From the IMG/VR virus record IMGVR_UViG_3300036979_000430, positions 1-52,127 of that record: a DNA stretch of 52,127 bases, one strand, 5' to 3'. This document shows, in pieces, positions 27,993 to 36,538 of the stretch (its first letter is position 1; every line of letters begins with the position of its first letter). The notes beneath the pieces were generated by a model, which was not told where the DNA came from, made no database searches, and was given only the letters and a program-made list of their open reading frames with translations. Origin of the DNA: a virus. Taxonomy: Duplodnaviria > Caudoviricetes. The position numbers and the translations under genes are program-made.

Positions 27993-28256
27993 ATGGCCTC
28001 ATATCCTCGCGGCGTCAGCCACTGCCCCCACAATGCTCAGCGCCCGTATCAGGCGCGGGTGTGGTGGGCTGGTCGTCGCTGGTCATTGGGCTACCACCAG
28101 ACGATCCAGGCGGCAGCGCAGCAGGTAGAGGACTGCTACCGGGAGATTGAGCGATGGGCAGCCATGAGCCTGCCGCCGCCCATGCTGGCGTTGCAGCATC
28201 GGGAGCGGATGGCACAAGCAAAGTCACCACCCGCTGCGGATCATCCGCCAACCTGA
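27993..28256 (+). CDS. AP2-like DNA-binding domain protein
   Basis: YPRGVS......PYQARVWWAGRRWSLGYHQTIQAAA; GGAAAGCT 5 nt before the ATG. Confidence 0.65.
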   Translation: MASYPRGVSHCPHNAQRPYQARVWWAGRRWSLGYHQTIQAAAQQVEDCYREIERWAAMSLPPPMLALQHRERMAQAKSPPAADHPPT

Positions 28257-29348
28257 AGGCCCGCACCTGGCCGGCGGCGGTATCCTCGGCCAGCAGGAGC
28301 CCCCGCCAGCCGTCCTGATGTTCGACTGGGGCCAGCAGTAGCGCATCATCCGCCAGTAGGGCCAGCGGCGTGGGTGGGTTCACCCCTTCCCCGGCGGTAG
28401 CAAGCGCGTCGTAGAAGGCCATCGCAAAGCCTGGGATCTGTACCTGCTGCCCTTCGCAAAGAGCCAGCATCGCCGCGCCGGCCTCCGCAGGTGGCCCGGA
28501 AGTCGCTTCCCCGCCCACCTTCGGCGGTAGGAACCAGCAGAAGTCCTCCATCTCCCACGGCTCGGCCCGCTTGTCCGGGTCCCGATGCGCGTTGGCGTAC
28601 CAGGCGGTGAGGTTGGCGATTGGCCGTTCTGCTGCGTGCTTGCGCTTCCTTCCCTCTTCAAGCGCTTCCCATATGAAGGTTTCGGGGCACCAGGCAAATC
28701 GCTCACGGGCGAAGGCGGGGTTGTGGGGCCAGAGGTCGTTGAGTCGCCAGAAGATGGCACCCCAGTCGGTTGGGGCAGGTCGGGCTTTCCCAGGCTGTCG
28801 GCCATTGCCTGCAGGGCCGCCTCGGGGTCAGCCGGCGCCGCCCCGCCGCGTTGCTCCTTGAGCATGAAAACGTAGACGGCATTCCGAAGCCCCTCGGTTA
28901 ATCCCAGGGTCTGTTCGTCGGTCCACTTGGCGCAATCGGGATCCACCTTGCCCAGCCGGTACACGATCGCTGCGGTAACCAGTCGGGTGACCTGGGCTTG
29001 ATTCTGGACCGACAGGCGGTTGTCAATGTCCCTGATCAGCCGGTGCTCCCGCAGTCGGATCTGATCTTCCAAGGGCTCCAGCACCACGGGGATGCCGATA
29101 TGGCGGGCCATCAGGCGGGCGGCCACCAGGTTGGCGGTAGCCTCGGGCAAATCGTCTGCCTCGCGGATGATCTGGGCCAGCCGGTGGGTCTGCTCGGTCA
29201 CCGTGGACTGGTAGTCGATCTCATCAACCAGGATCCGCTCACCGGTCAGCAGGCAGTTGAAGACCGGGAATTGCAGGATGCCGGTGGTTGCGTCCCCCAC
29301 GTCCTCGACCGTGACTTCTGGCGGGGCGGTGACAAAGGGGAGGGGCAT
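28015..29348 (-). CDS. Tail assembly chaperone, -1 frameshifted product (gpGT-like, ~444 aa)
   Basis: The -1 frame after GGGAAAG reads ARPAPTDWGAIFWRLNDLWP...EPWEMEDFCWF without stops and joins ORF 28015-28551. Confidence 0.75.
28380..29348 (-). CDS. Tail assembly chaperone (gpG-like, unshifted product)
   Basis: Contains the in-frame slippery heptamer G GGA AAG (SLGK) at 28785-28791. Confidence 0.75.
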   Translation of the reverse strand: MPLPFVTAPPEVTVEDVGDATTGILQFPVFNCLLTGERILVDEIDYQSTVTEQTHRLAQIIREADDLPEATANLVAARLMARHIGIPVVLEPLEDQIRLREHRLIRDIDNRLSVQNQAQVTRLVTAAIVYRLGKVDPDCAKWTDEQTLGLTEGLRNAVYVFMLKEQRGGAAPADPEAALQAMADSLGKPDLPQPTGVPSSGDSTTSGPTTPPSPVSDLPGAPKPSYGKRLKREGSASTQQNGQSPTSPPGTPTRIGTRTSGPSRGRWRTSAGSYRRRWAGKRLPGHLRRPARRCWLFAKGSRYRSQALRWPSTTRLLPPGKG

Positions 29349-29382
29349 GGTGCCAGCCTGGCTTGCGGCTTAGCTTTCCGGC

Positions 29383-29823
29383 TTAGCCCCGTGCCACGGC
29401 CAGTGAGATGCGCTGCTGCAGCCTCTCGCCCAGTGGGTACGCAGGGATCCCCGGCACCTGCACGGTGCCATTTACCGCATCGGTCCACTGCCTGGCCGGC
29501 AAGATGGTGCCATTGCGCAGCCTGGCCCCCTCATGCACCGCAGTGGCGTAGTCGGCGCTCCACCGGGCCTCGATTGAGTAGGCGTCAGGGAATGAGTAGG
29601 TGCCGCTCTGGCGCAACGTGCCAAGGTCCACGATGTTGCGCGGGCTGCCGACCACCCCTACCCGGCGCCGTGTCTCCCGTGGCCATGACCATGCCGGGGG
29701 GTTGAATGATGCTTGGTACCGGGCGAACAGCTCAATGAAGGCAGCGCGGGTGATCTGCCGCAGCTTCTGATCCAGCTCTCCAGGGCTGGGGCCTGTCACC
29801 GTGGTTTCGACGCGGATGCTCAT
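29383..29823 (-). CDS. HK97 gp10-like neck/tail-completion protein
   Basis: PRNIVDLGTLRQS...YATAVHEG...PARQW. Confidence 0.7.
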   Translation of the reverse strand: MSIRVETTVTGPSPGELDQKLRQITRAAFIELFARYQASFNPPAWSWPRETRRRVGVVGSPRNIVDLGTLRQSGTYSFPDAYSIEARWSADYATAVHEGARLRNGTILPARQWTDAVNGTVQVPGIPAYPLGERLQQRISLAVARG

Positions 29824-29826
29824 GGG

Positions 29827-30294
29827 TTAGACCGCGGTGGATAGGGCGGCCTTGAACTGATCCCCCAGGGCCTCCCGCAGCTCCGCACCGATGCCGCCCA
29901 CGCCGTAGGGAAACTCCAGGATGCGCAACTGCCCCTGCTCAGCACCATCGGCCAACGTGGGCAATACCGTCAGGTCGGTCCACACCGCCTGCCCCGTGGC
30001 CCCCGGCAGCATCCCGGCAGGGCGGTAGCCGGTTTCCGTCCAGCTCAGCGAGGCGCCGGCCACCAGCCAGCTTGCATTGCCCAGCAGGGCCCAGCGGGTG
30101 ACAAACCCTTCGAGCATCAGTGACCCGGCCTGGACGCCAGGTAGATCCTGCTCGCTGCGCCCCTGAGGCTTGACGAACGCCTCCACCACCACGGCAGGGC
30201 CAGCAGCAGGCACGCCATCGCGCAGGGTGGTGATCACCCCAGGCGGCGCCCAGAGCATCCGCAGGTTGGCGTATTCGGCGAAGTCGGTGGCCAT
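29827..30294 (-). CDS. Putative head-closure protein
   Basis: Position between the adaptor-like and gp10-like genes. Confidence 0.5.
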   Translation of the reverse strand: MATDFAEYANLRMLWAPPGVITTLRDGVPAAGPAVVVEAFVKPQGRSEQDLPGVQAGSLMLEGFVTRWALLGNASWLVAGASLSWTETGYRPAGMLPGATGQAVWTDLTVLPTLADGAEQGQLRILEFPYGVGGIGAELREALGDQFKAALSTAV

Positions 30295-30779
30295 CAGCTA
30301 CGAACCAGCATTGCCTGTCCGCCGCCGACTGGTTGGATGCCCAGGGTCTGGAAGATCCGGCCTTTTAAGGTCGCCAAACGACCGGCGAGCACGGCGCCTG
30401 CCGTCCCACCAGAACCGCCGCTTTCGTACTTCACGCGCAAGAGGTCGGTATTCCACTCCAGCACGTCCGCCTTGCTCTTCAGGTCGTCGCGGGTAAGGGT
30501 CGCGCCAGGGGCGGGGCCTTCGTAGGTTGCTGCATTCAGCAGGTGCTCCCGGCCCGCCTCCACCCGGTCTGCGTAGTCCGCCTCCAGGGCCTCGATCTCG
30601 TCGATCCATCGTTGCACCTGCAGAACGGTAGAGGCAGAGATCAGCGCCACCCGGTTGAGGATGGAAGTCAGCTCGGTCTGGTTGGTCACCGACAGCGGCC
30701 AGCCGGCATAGCCCCGGATCAGCTCGCGGTCATCGCGTGGTGTCACCCGCCAGAGGCTGTTTAGAGCTGGGATTGACAT
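30294..30779 (-). CDS. Putative head-tail adaptor
   Basis: DRELIRGYAGWP...KADVLEW; first gene of the neck cluster. Confidence 0.55.
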   Translation of the reverse strand: MSIPALNSLWRVTPRDDRELIRGYAGWPLSVTNQTELTSILNRVALISASTVLQVQRWIDEIEALEADYADRVEAGREHLLNAATYEGPAPGATLTRDDLKSKADVLEWNTDLLRVKYESGGSGGTAGAVLAGRLATLKGRIFQTLGIQPVGGGQAMLVRS

Positions 30780-30851
30780 GGCGCCGCACGATCTGCTGCA
30801 GGTTTCCAGGAAAGCTCAAGCAACGGCACACCGCCCCCCCCCATAACTCGC

Positions 30852-31442
30852 ATGGCACGGACCTACAAACGCGACTCAGCTGGTCGTTTCTCTGGTGGCG
30901 GCGGTGGCGGAGGCAAAGGGAAGTCCGCAGCCGGCAACAAGGCCAAGTCAGCCAGTGGTAGCCCAAAGAGCAGCGCCGCTGCCAGCAGGGCCACCAACAA
31001 GGCACGGGCGGGTGACTTGGCGTCGAAAGGCACCAGCGGCCTGGGATCTCGCGTGAAGGTCAAGGGCTTTGCTGGTGGCAAAGCGGCTCAACAGCGAGCC
31101 GGTGGGTTGCGGGTTGCCGGGACCGCCACTGGCGGTGGCATTGCGAACACGGTGGGACGCGGCGGCAAGATGAGTGCAGCGCAGCAATCAGCAACTACCG
31201 CAGCCAAAAGGCGAGCTAACACCGAAGCAAGCCGCGCCACCAATAAAGGCGGCAAGCCGGCCCGCACCAATAAGAGCGCCGTCAGCGCTGCGAAGGCCAA
31301 GTACAAAGAACTGAGTGGTCGCAGTCGCAAGAGCAGCCCATTCCGCTCAGCGCAAGAGAACCGGACCGCCGCCGGTGCAAGCCGGAGCCTAAAATCCATG
31401 ATCGCCAAACGCGGCGCAGGATCCACACCTAAGAAGCGCTGA
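30852..31442 (+). CDS. Highly basic Lys/Arg/Ala/Gly-rich protein with an N-terminal RDxxGRF motif
   Basis: Begins MARTYKRDSAGRFS; almost no acidic residues; preceded by GGAAAGCT. Confidence 0.7.
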   Translation: MARTYKRDSAGRFSGGGGGGGKGKSAAGNKAKSASGSPKSSAAASRATNKARAGDLASKGTSGLGSRVKVKGFAGGKAAQQRAGGLRVAGTATGGGIANTVGRGGKMSAAQQSATTAAKRRANTEASRATNKGGKPARTNKSAVSAAKAKYKELSGRSRKSSPFRSAQENRTAAGASRSLKSMIAKRGAGSTPKKR

Positions 31443-31482
31443 TCACCACACCTGGAAACCCCAGGTAGTCACCGGATACACC

Positions 31483-31614
31483 ATGAACAAAGGCAAAGCA
31501 GGCAAAGGAATGGCCATGGGCAAGGCGGGTAAGGGTGGCAAGGCTTCCATGCCTGCCATGCCCAAGAAGGCCAAGGCGAGCAAGGCCAAGGCCAAGACAA
31601 TGAAGGCGAAATGA
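31483..31614 (+). CDS. 43-aa Lys-rich peptide (not in ORF track)
   Basis: MNKGKAGKGMAMGKAGKGGKASMPAMPKKAKASKAKAKTMKAK: 14 Lys, no Asp/Glu; GGAAACCC upstream. Confidence 0.6.
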   Translation: MNKGKAGKGMAMGKAGKGGKASMPAMPKKAKASKAKAKTMKAK

Positions 31615-31905
31615 TCAGCCGGCAGGGGCGGATAGCGTCTCCTGGGAGGCTTTCATTCGCCAGCCTGTTTCCTCTGGGTCGTGCGCCTCTGCCCATTCAC
31701 GCGCCGCAGCTTTAGTAGGGAATGGGCCCGCGTGTCCAGACCCGTCAAGCGCCAGGCCGCCATCCTGCGGATAGGCAACCTTGCCTTTACCAGCCCAGAC
31801 CGCATCAGGGAACATGCCCTCGCTTGCGTCCCAGCATCGGATCACCGCAAACCAGCCGTCTACGGCAGGCATCGGATCCCAGCACCAGTCAGAAGGCTGT
31901 GTCAT
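31615..31905 (-). CDS. Hypothetical protein
   Basis: Coupled to the HNH gene; contains GPFPTKAAAREWA. Confidence 0.5.
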   Translation of the reverse strand: MTQPSDWCWDPMPAVDGWFAVIRCWDASEGMFPDAVWAGKGKVAYPQDGGLALDGSGHAGPFPTKAAAREWAEAHDPEETGWRMKASQETLSAPAG

Positions 31906-32231
31906 TGCTGTGATCCTAGTGTTTCCGCCCCAAGCCAGCCCCTAATCCTGCCAGCTCGATCGGCATCAAAAAACGGCTGGGCCTCATACCAGCCCCAGAC
32001 CTCGCAATGGTTCTTGGCCACGTTGCACGGTGCGCAGGCCGGCACTAAGTTGGTGCGCTCGGTCGTCCCACCCCTGGCCTTAGGGTTCACGTGATCAAGC
32101 GTCACCTTCTCAGGCTGGCATCCGCAGTAAGCGCAGGAGCCACCCCAGGCGTCGATGATCTCGCGCCTGAAAGAGCTTTTGGTGACCCTTTTTGTGACCA
32201 GCACCGCCCCTTCGATACGGTGGCCCGCCAC
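31902..32231 (-). CDS. HNH endonuclease
   Basis: CAYCG...TLDHVNPKARGG...NLVPACAPCNVAK. Confidence 0.9.
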   Translation of the reverse strand: MAGHRIEGAVLVTKRVTKSSFRREIIDAWGGSCAYCGCQPEKVTLDHVNPKARGGTTERTNLVPACAPCNVAKNHCEVWGWYEAQPFFDADRAGRIRGWLGAETLGSQQ

Positions 32232-32420
32232 CTAGGCCAGCCTCTGCAGCCAGACCCGTGCGGATGTGTTGATCGCCCGTTCAAGCATCGTGACGACCTT
32301 GTGTCCGACCTTCACGGGCATCGTGGTGGCCACATCCCGCAGCACCTGGCGGGTGGCCTCCTCATCCCGTGCGCTTACGGTGGCGTGCAGGGTCAGGAAG
32401 GCACGCAGGTCAGGGGGCAT
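32232..32420 (-). CDS. Hypothetical protein
   Basis: ATG at 32420 (MPPDLRAFL...), preceded by a GGAAAC variant motif. Confidence 0.55.
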   Translation of the reverse strand: MPPDLRAFLTLHATVSARDEEATRQVLRDVATTMPVKVGHKVVTMLERAINTSARVWLQRLA

Positions 32421-32583
32421 GGGGCCGGGGCGTTTCCATAGCTTGCCGTAGTGGCTTAGGGAAGTGCAATGGCTTAGGATGGGGGAGCCGGGGGTCCTTG
32501 CGCTGGCGGTTCCGAGCGTCTGACGCTTATGACCGCTGCCTTGTCCCCTCCGGCACCCATTCACCACCACCGAGGATTCGACG

Positions 32584-32805
32584 ATGCAACCCAGAGCACA
32601 GCACCTGGAATGGTGCAAGAAACGCGCCTTGGCCTATGTGGATCAGGGCTACCTGCAGCAGGCGCTGGAGTCAATGCTCAGCGATCTCAGGAAGCACCCC
32701 AAGACTGCAGATCACCCAGGCATTGTGCTTGCCGTGGGCAAGGTGGCGATTGGAGACCTGGCCACGAGCGGGCAGGTGCGCGAGTTTATTGAAGGCTTCA
32801 ACTGA
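32584..32805 (+). CDS. Hypothetical phage protein
   Basis: RAQHLEWCKKRALAYVD...SMLSDLRKHP...FIEGFN; compact and protein-like. Confidence 0.65.
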   Translation: MQPRAQHLEWCKKRALAYVDQGYLQQALESMLSDLRKHPKTADHPGIVLAVGKVAIGDLATSGQVREFIEGFN

Positions 32806-32833
32806 CCACACACCCACCTATTCATCGCCACCG

Positions 32834-33463
32834 ATGACCAATCCAGAAAACCCCAGCACCGCCCCCGTTGCATGGTGCCGATCCGATGAGTTTGCTCAAT
32901 TTGCCCAGGGACGGGAATATCTTCTCGCCTTCAGTGAGCATCACCCCGACTGCGACATGCCGTTGTACGCGCAACCCCAGGCCAGCACCGCCCCAGACGC
33001 AGACCGGGCAGAAGGGCCGAAACCCGGCGATATTGCTGAGCTGTGCGCCGAGTTTGAGTACCACATTGACAGCGACGACTACCACAGTATTGGCATCCTG
33101 CGCGACATGATCACCGCCGCTATCGCCCGCTGGCGTGCCCCGGTTGCTGAGCCCGTGGCAGCCCAGGACACCGAAATAGATTGGAAGAGCATGACCGCTC
33201 GCATGGACTTCGGCATGGCCAATGCTGAGGCCAGTGCAGCTGCCGCCGCTGCCTGGAACCAGCGCAGCGCCTGGCAGCCGATTGAAACGGCGCCTAGGGA
33301 TGGGAGCCAGATCCTTGCTTGGGATGGCGACGAGCTGCTGATCGCCTGGTGGTGTGACGGCGGCAGATGGATAAGCGACAACCTGCAGCAATACCATCCA
33401 GGGGAGTACGAAAACCCAACCCACTGGCAGCCCCTCCCCAGCCCTCCGCCCATCACCCCCTAG
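32834..33463 (+). CDS. Modular protein with C-terminal DUF551-like domain
   Basis: ATG at 32834; WQPIETAPRDG...PTHWQPLPSPP; carries the 117-nt module shared with 2590-2706. Confidence 0.7.
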   Translation: MTNPENPSTAPVAWCRSDEFAQFAQGREYLLAFSEHHPDCDMPLYAQPQASTAPDADRAEGPKPGDIAELCAEFEYHIDSDDYHSIGILRDMITAAIARWRAPVAEPVAAQDTEIDWKSMTARMDFGMANAEASAAAAAAWNQRSAWQPIETAPRDGSQILAWDGDELLIAWWCDGGRWISDNLQQYHPGEYENPTHWQPLPSPPPITP

Positions 33464-33473
33464 CGACTGAACA

Positions 33474-33689
33474 ATGGACCACCCCAGCCTCCAGCCCTGC
33501 CCCCACTGCGGCAGCAGTACGATGGACCCAGCCACCTGCTTGAACTGGCGCACTGAGATTGTTGGCTCATTTCGCCGCTACCGCTGCGTCCTGCCTCCAC
33601 CCCATGGCTCCTTGGTAATCCGCACCTGCTTCGGTCCGAACGGCACCTGCGGGGTGGATTCGGCAAGCCCGGATACCATCACCCCCTAG
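33474..33689 (+). CDS. Small zinc-ribbon-like protein
   Basis: LQPCPHCGS N-terminus. Confidence 0.4.
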   Translation: MDHPSLQPCPHCGSSTMDPATCLNWRTEIVGSFRRYRCVLPPPHGSLVIRTCFGPNGTCGVDSASPDTITP

Positions 33690-34809
33690 CTGCCCGCCTC
33701 ACCGCGATCTCCCCCACGGCCTCGCTGAACGTCCGCCCACCCCTCGGGGCATCCAACGGCGTTGAGGGTTGCACACTGCGCTTGCGATCGGGGAACAGGT
33801 AGCGCTCGCTGGCGGTTGGGGCGGTCAGGGCACGCTGCAGCAGCCCCCTGGCCCGTTCTTCGCTGATCCCCTCTGCCTTAGCCAGGGCCTTGATGCCGGC
33901 TTCATGTTCACCGCGCCAGAAGTCACCATCGAGCAGGGTGTCGCGGATCACCGGGTCATCCTCCTGCACGTCATCGGCTGATAGCGGCACGGGTATGCAG
34001 CGGCATTGCGGGTGGGCAGGGATGACCACCTGATCGGCTGGGAAGATGCGGCCATGGCGGCTGAGGCACCACCGGCAGGCACGCTCATCGGTAGCGGCAA
34101 CCCAGCGAACGTAAGCAAACCCTTCGGCCAGGTTGTGACCAAGGGCCCCCTTGACATAGGCATTGGCCAGCTCCGATCGGGCAATTACCTCGGCACGCTG
34201 GCGGAGCCCCATCCGTGAGGTCTTGCCTGCCGCGTCGGTTGTGCCCTCCAGTGCTTCGACGATCTGCCGCTCCAGGCGCTTGGGGCCCCAGCCACGGGCG
34301 ACACCTTCGCTAACGATCTGGGCGATCTGATCCCTGAACCGTGCGGTTTCGCCCTCCATGAAGGCGGTAGCGGCCTGGGTGGCGGCCCTGATGGCCAGGG
34401 GATTGGCCCCAGCGAACTGGGCAGCGGCACCGGTGACGATGGTTTGCAGGGATGCGGCAGCCTCACCGCCAATGCTTAGGGCCTCAACCAGATCAGTGGT
34501 GAATGAACGCTGCCAGGCGGCGATCTCCTCCGGCGGCAGGAACTGCTGAGCATCCCGCAGGATCGCCCGGTACTTGGCGGTCGCTTCGGCGGATGAGTAG
34601 GCGCCAGGGGCTCTGATGGGGTTGCCCTCGGGGTCGGTGGCTGATGGCCCCACGGCATTGACGTAGGCCGCGTAGTGCCGCCTGAGGTCCCGCAGGATGC
34701 GATCTAAGGCTGTGCGCAGCATGGCGGCGGTGTTGGACACCATGCGCTCTTCCAGCTCGTCCAAGATGGCGGCGTAGCTGTCAACGCTGCGGATGATCCG
34801 GTCGCTCAT
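33679..34809 (-). CDS. Minor head protein (MuF / SPP1 gp7 family)
   Basis: RAEVIARSELANAY...RWVAATDERACRWC..RHG...PAHPQCRC. Confidence 0.88.
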   Translation of the reverse strand: MSDRIIRSVDSYAAILDELEERMVSNTAAMLRTALDRILRDLRRHYAAYVNAVGPSATDPEGNPIRAPGAYSSAEATAKYRAILRDAQQFLPPEEIAAWQRSFTTDLVEALSIGGEAAASLQTIVTGAAAQFAGANPLAIRAATQAATAFMEGETARFRDQIAQIVSEGVARGWGPKRLERQIVEALEGTTDAAGKTSRMGLRQRAEVIARSELANAYVKGALGHNLAEGFAYVRWVAATDERACRWCLSRHGRIFPADQVVIPAHPQCRCIPVPLSADDVQEDDPVIRDTLLDGDFWRGEHEAGIKALAKAEGISEERARGLLQRALTAPTASERYLFPDRKRSVQPSTPLDAPRGGRTFSEAVGEIAVRRAARG

Positions 34810-34812
34810 GCG

Positions 34813-36180
34813 TCAGCGGCGGCGAGCCTGTTCCATTTGACGGACGTCATCCCGAAAACGCTTATCGGCTTTTGCGCGTCGAGTTGCTGCCGCTTTTTCA
34901 CTGCGTGTCAACGCTGGAGCGGTGGAGCTTTTCCCCCTTCGCTTAAAAAGGTCAGCGGCTGAAAAATCAGGATTGTTCTTGCCTCGTCTTGCGTAACTTG
35001 CATAGCTATCTGCTGCGGATCGAAGTGAGTTGGCACGATTTACCAGCCTGCGATTAGCAGGATTGTAACGATCAACGGTATCCGCAACACGCTCAGCAGC
35101 TTTTGCCCTTTTTTCAGTTGCACGAGCGCGGCGCTCAAATGAACCCTGGCTTAGATCGGGTTGCGACCGCTTAACAGACTTAGCCGCTACCGCCTTCGCT
35201 TTACCCCCTGGCAGCGCCGGCCTCCCACCACGGATCGCCTTACCCCCCTTGCCGCCAGCCAGCTTCGGCGTCGCATCGCGCACAATCGACGCCATCTCCC
35301 GCGCAGATCGAGCATCGCTTTGCGCCAGTTCACGCAAGCCGGCCCGCAGGGTGGGGCCCACCTTCCCGCCCTTGGCGACGGCACGCACCCGTGCCCCGGC
35401 TTCCTTGGCGGCACCCGCGCCCGCTGGCGTTCGGCGGATCTTCTGGCCGGTGATGGATTCAATCTCTCGAATGCGTGCGGCATCGGCCCTGGCCAGGTTG
35501 CGCAGGGTTTTACCCAGGGTGTTGGTGAGCGATCCGGGCCGCTGCGCTGCTGGCAGTCTGGTGCTCTGAGTTGCGTTCACAGGCCCCGGCTTCTGCCCCT
35601 TCGGCTTGGCCATGGTGCCCCTCGGCATCGCCCCCTTCACCGCCGTCCGGTTCCGTTCCCTGCTGGCCTTCAGGTAGGTGCCAGCACGCTTCACCGCCCC
35701 ACGTTGCGCCGGTGATGCCCCTTGTCCCGCTTTGGCCCTGGCACGCCCCAGGCTGGCCCTTGCCGCCAGCGTCCCCCCGGTGGCCAATGGCTCCGCGCTC
35801 TTGCCGGGTTTGACGCGACCCAGCATCTGCCGTTGTATCGCCATCGTCTGCTGTCGTTGCTGCCGTGCTGCCCCGCGCTTGCCGGCGCCTTCGTTCATCT
35901 TCTGGCCCGATAGCCGAGCACGAGAGACGCCACCGGTCTTGGGGCCCCGGATCCTGGAGCCTGGGGCCTGGGTCGGCTTGGCGGTGGCGGCAGGTTTGAC
36001 GGCCCTTCTGGTCTTGCCACCCTTGCCCACGGTGCCGGCCCTGGGAGCTGCTGGCATTTGGCTTGTCTGCGTCGCCCGCTTATTCCCCGCTGCGGTCTTC
36101 AGCCTGCCGCCTCTGGCGGTTGCCCCAGTCCCGCCGCTGGCAAACCGGCCACGGTTGTCTCGGCTGTATTTCCGTGCCAC
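34813..36180 (-). CDS. Large highly basic protein with an N-terminal RDxxGRF motif
   Basis: Begins (M)ARKYSRDNRGRFAS; Arg/Lys/Ala/Gly-rich; repeated TLRxxLRxLAxxDAR module. Confidence 0.7.
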   Translation of the reverse strand: MARKYSRDNRGRFASGGTGATARGGRLKTAAGNKRATQTSQMPAAPRAGTVGKGGKTRRAVKPAATAKPTQAPGSRIRGPKTGGVSRARLSGQKMNEGAGKRGAARQQRQQTMAIQRQMLGRVKPGKSAEPLATGGTLAARASLGRARAKAGQGASPAQRGAVKRAGTYLKASRERNRTAVKGAMPRGTMAKPKGQKPGPVNATQSTRLPAAQRPGSLTNTLGKTLRNLARADAARIREIESITGQKIRRTPAGAGAAKEAGARVRAVAKGGKVGPTLRAGLRELAQSDARSAREMASIVRDATPKLAGGKGGKAIRGGRPALPGGKAKAVAAKSVKRSQPDLSQGSFERRARATEKRAKAAERVADTVDRYNPANRRLVNRANSLRSAADSYASYARRGKNNPDFSAADLFKRRGKSSTAPALTRSEKAAATRRAKADKRFRDDVRQMEQARRR

Positions 36181-36214
36181 AAAAAAGCTCAGCTAGGGGC
36201 GCTAGCTGAGCTTT
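36181..36214 (-). terminator. Perfect 13-bp hairpin plus T-tract directly before the GTG of the basic protein
   Basis: AAAGCTCAGCTAG (36184-36196) pairs with CTAGCTGAGCTTT (36202-36214); T6 on the minus strand. Confidence 0.7.
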
Positions 36215-36230
36215 CCTTTGCCTGCCGCTG

Positions 36231-36338
36231 CTACGGCTTCTTGATCGTGCCCTTGATGCTGGGGCCCTTGATCACCTGGCGTACGCCATCAGCGGGCCGG
36301 AGGCGGCGACCGATGGCGGTGACGACTGGGGCGGTCAT
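36231..36338 (-). CDS. 35-aa hypothetical peptide (not in ORF track)
   Basis: MTAPVVTAIGRRLRPADGVRQVIKGPSIKGTIKKP; ATGA-coupled to 36335-36538. Confidence 0.45.
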   Translation of the reverse strand: MTAPVVTAIGRRLRPADGVRQVIKGPSIKGTIKKP

Positions 36339-36538
36339 TCGCCCACCAAGCCGTCGCTTTCAAACTCGCCTTCGACTTCTTCGGCTTCAACTTCATCGGC
36401 AGCCAGGCCAGCCAGGGTCAGCTCAGCCTTGGTAACTTCCAGCACGCCAATGACTTCAAATACGCTGCATCCCGATTCTTCAATCAGATCAGTAACGGCC
36501 TCGTGCAGGACTTCGGCAGGGGTGATGAGTTCGGACAT
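36335..36538 (-). CDS. Small acidic protein
   Basis: 67 aa, Glu-rich. Confidence 0.55.
   Translation of the reverse strand: MSELITPAEVLHEAVTDLIEESGCSVFEVIGVLEVTKAELTLAGLAADEVEAEEVEGEFESDGLVGE

Noticed and set aside
31902-32231. HNH as a homing endonuclease in an intron
   Set aside because: No interrupted gene flanks it; small stand-alone HNH genes are routine in phage head modules.
32369-32833. N-terminal extension of the 364-aa ORF
   Set aside because: Overlaps better-supported genes (32232-32420, 32584-32805); ATG 32834 preferred.
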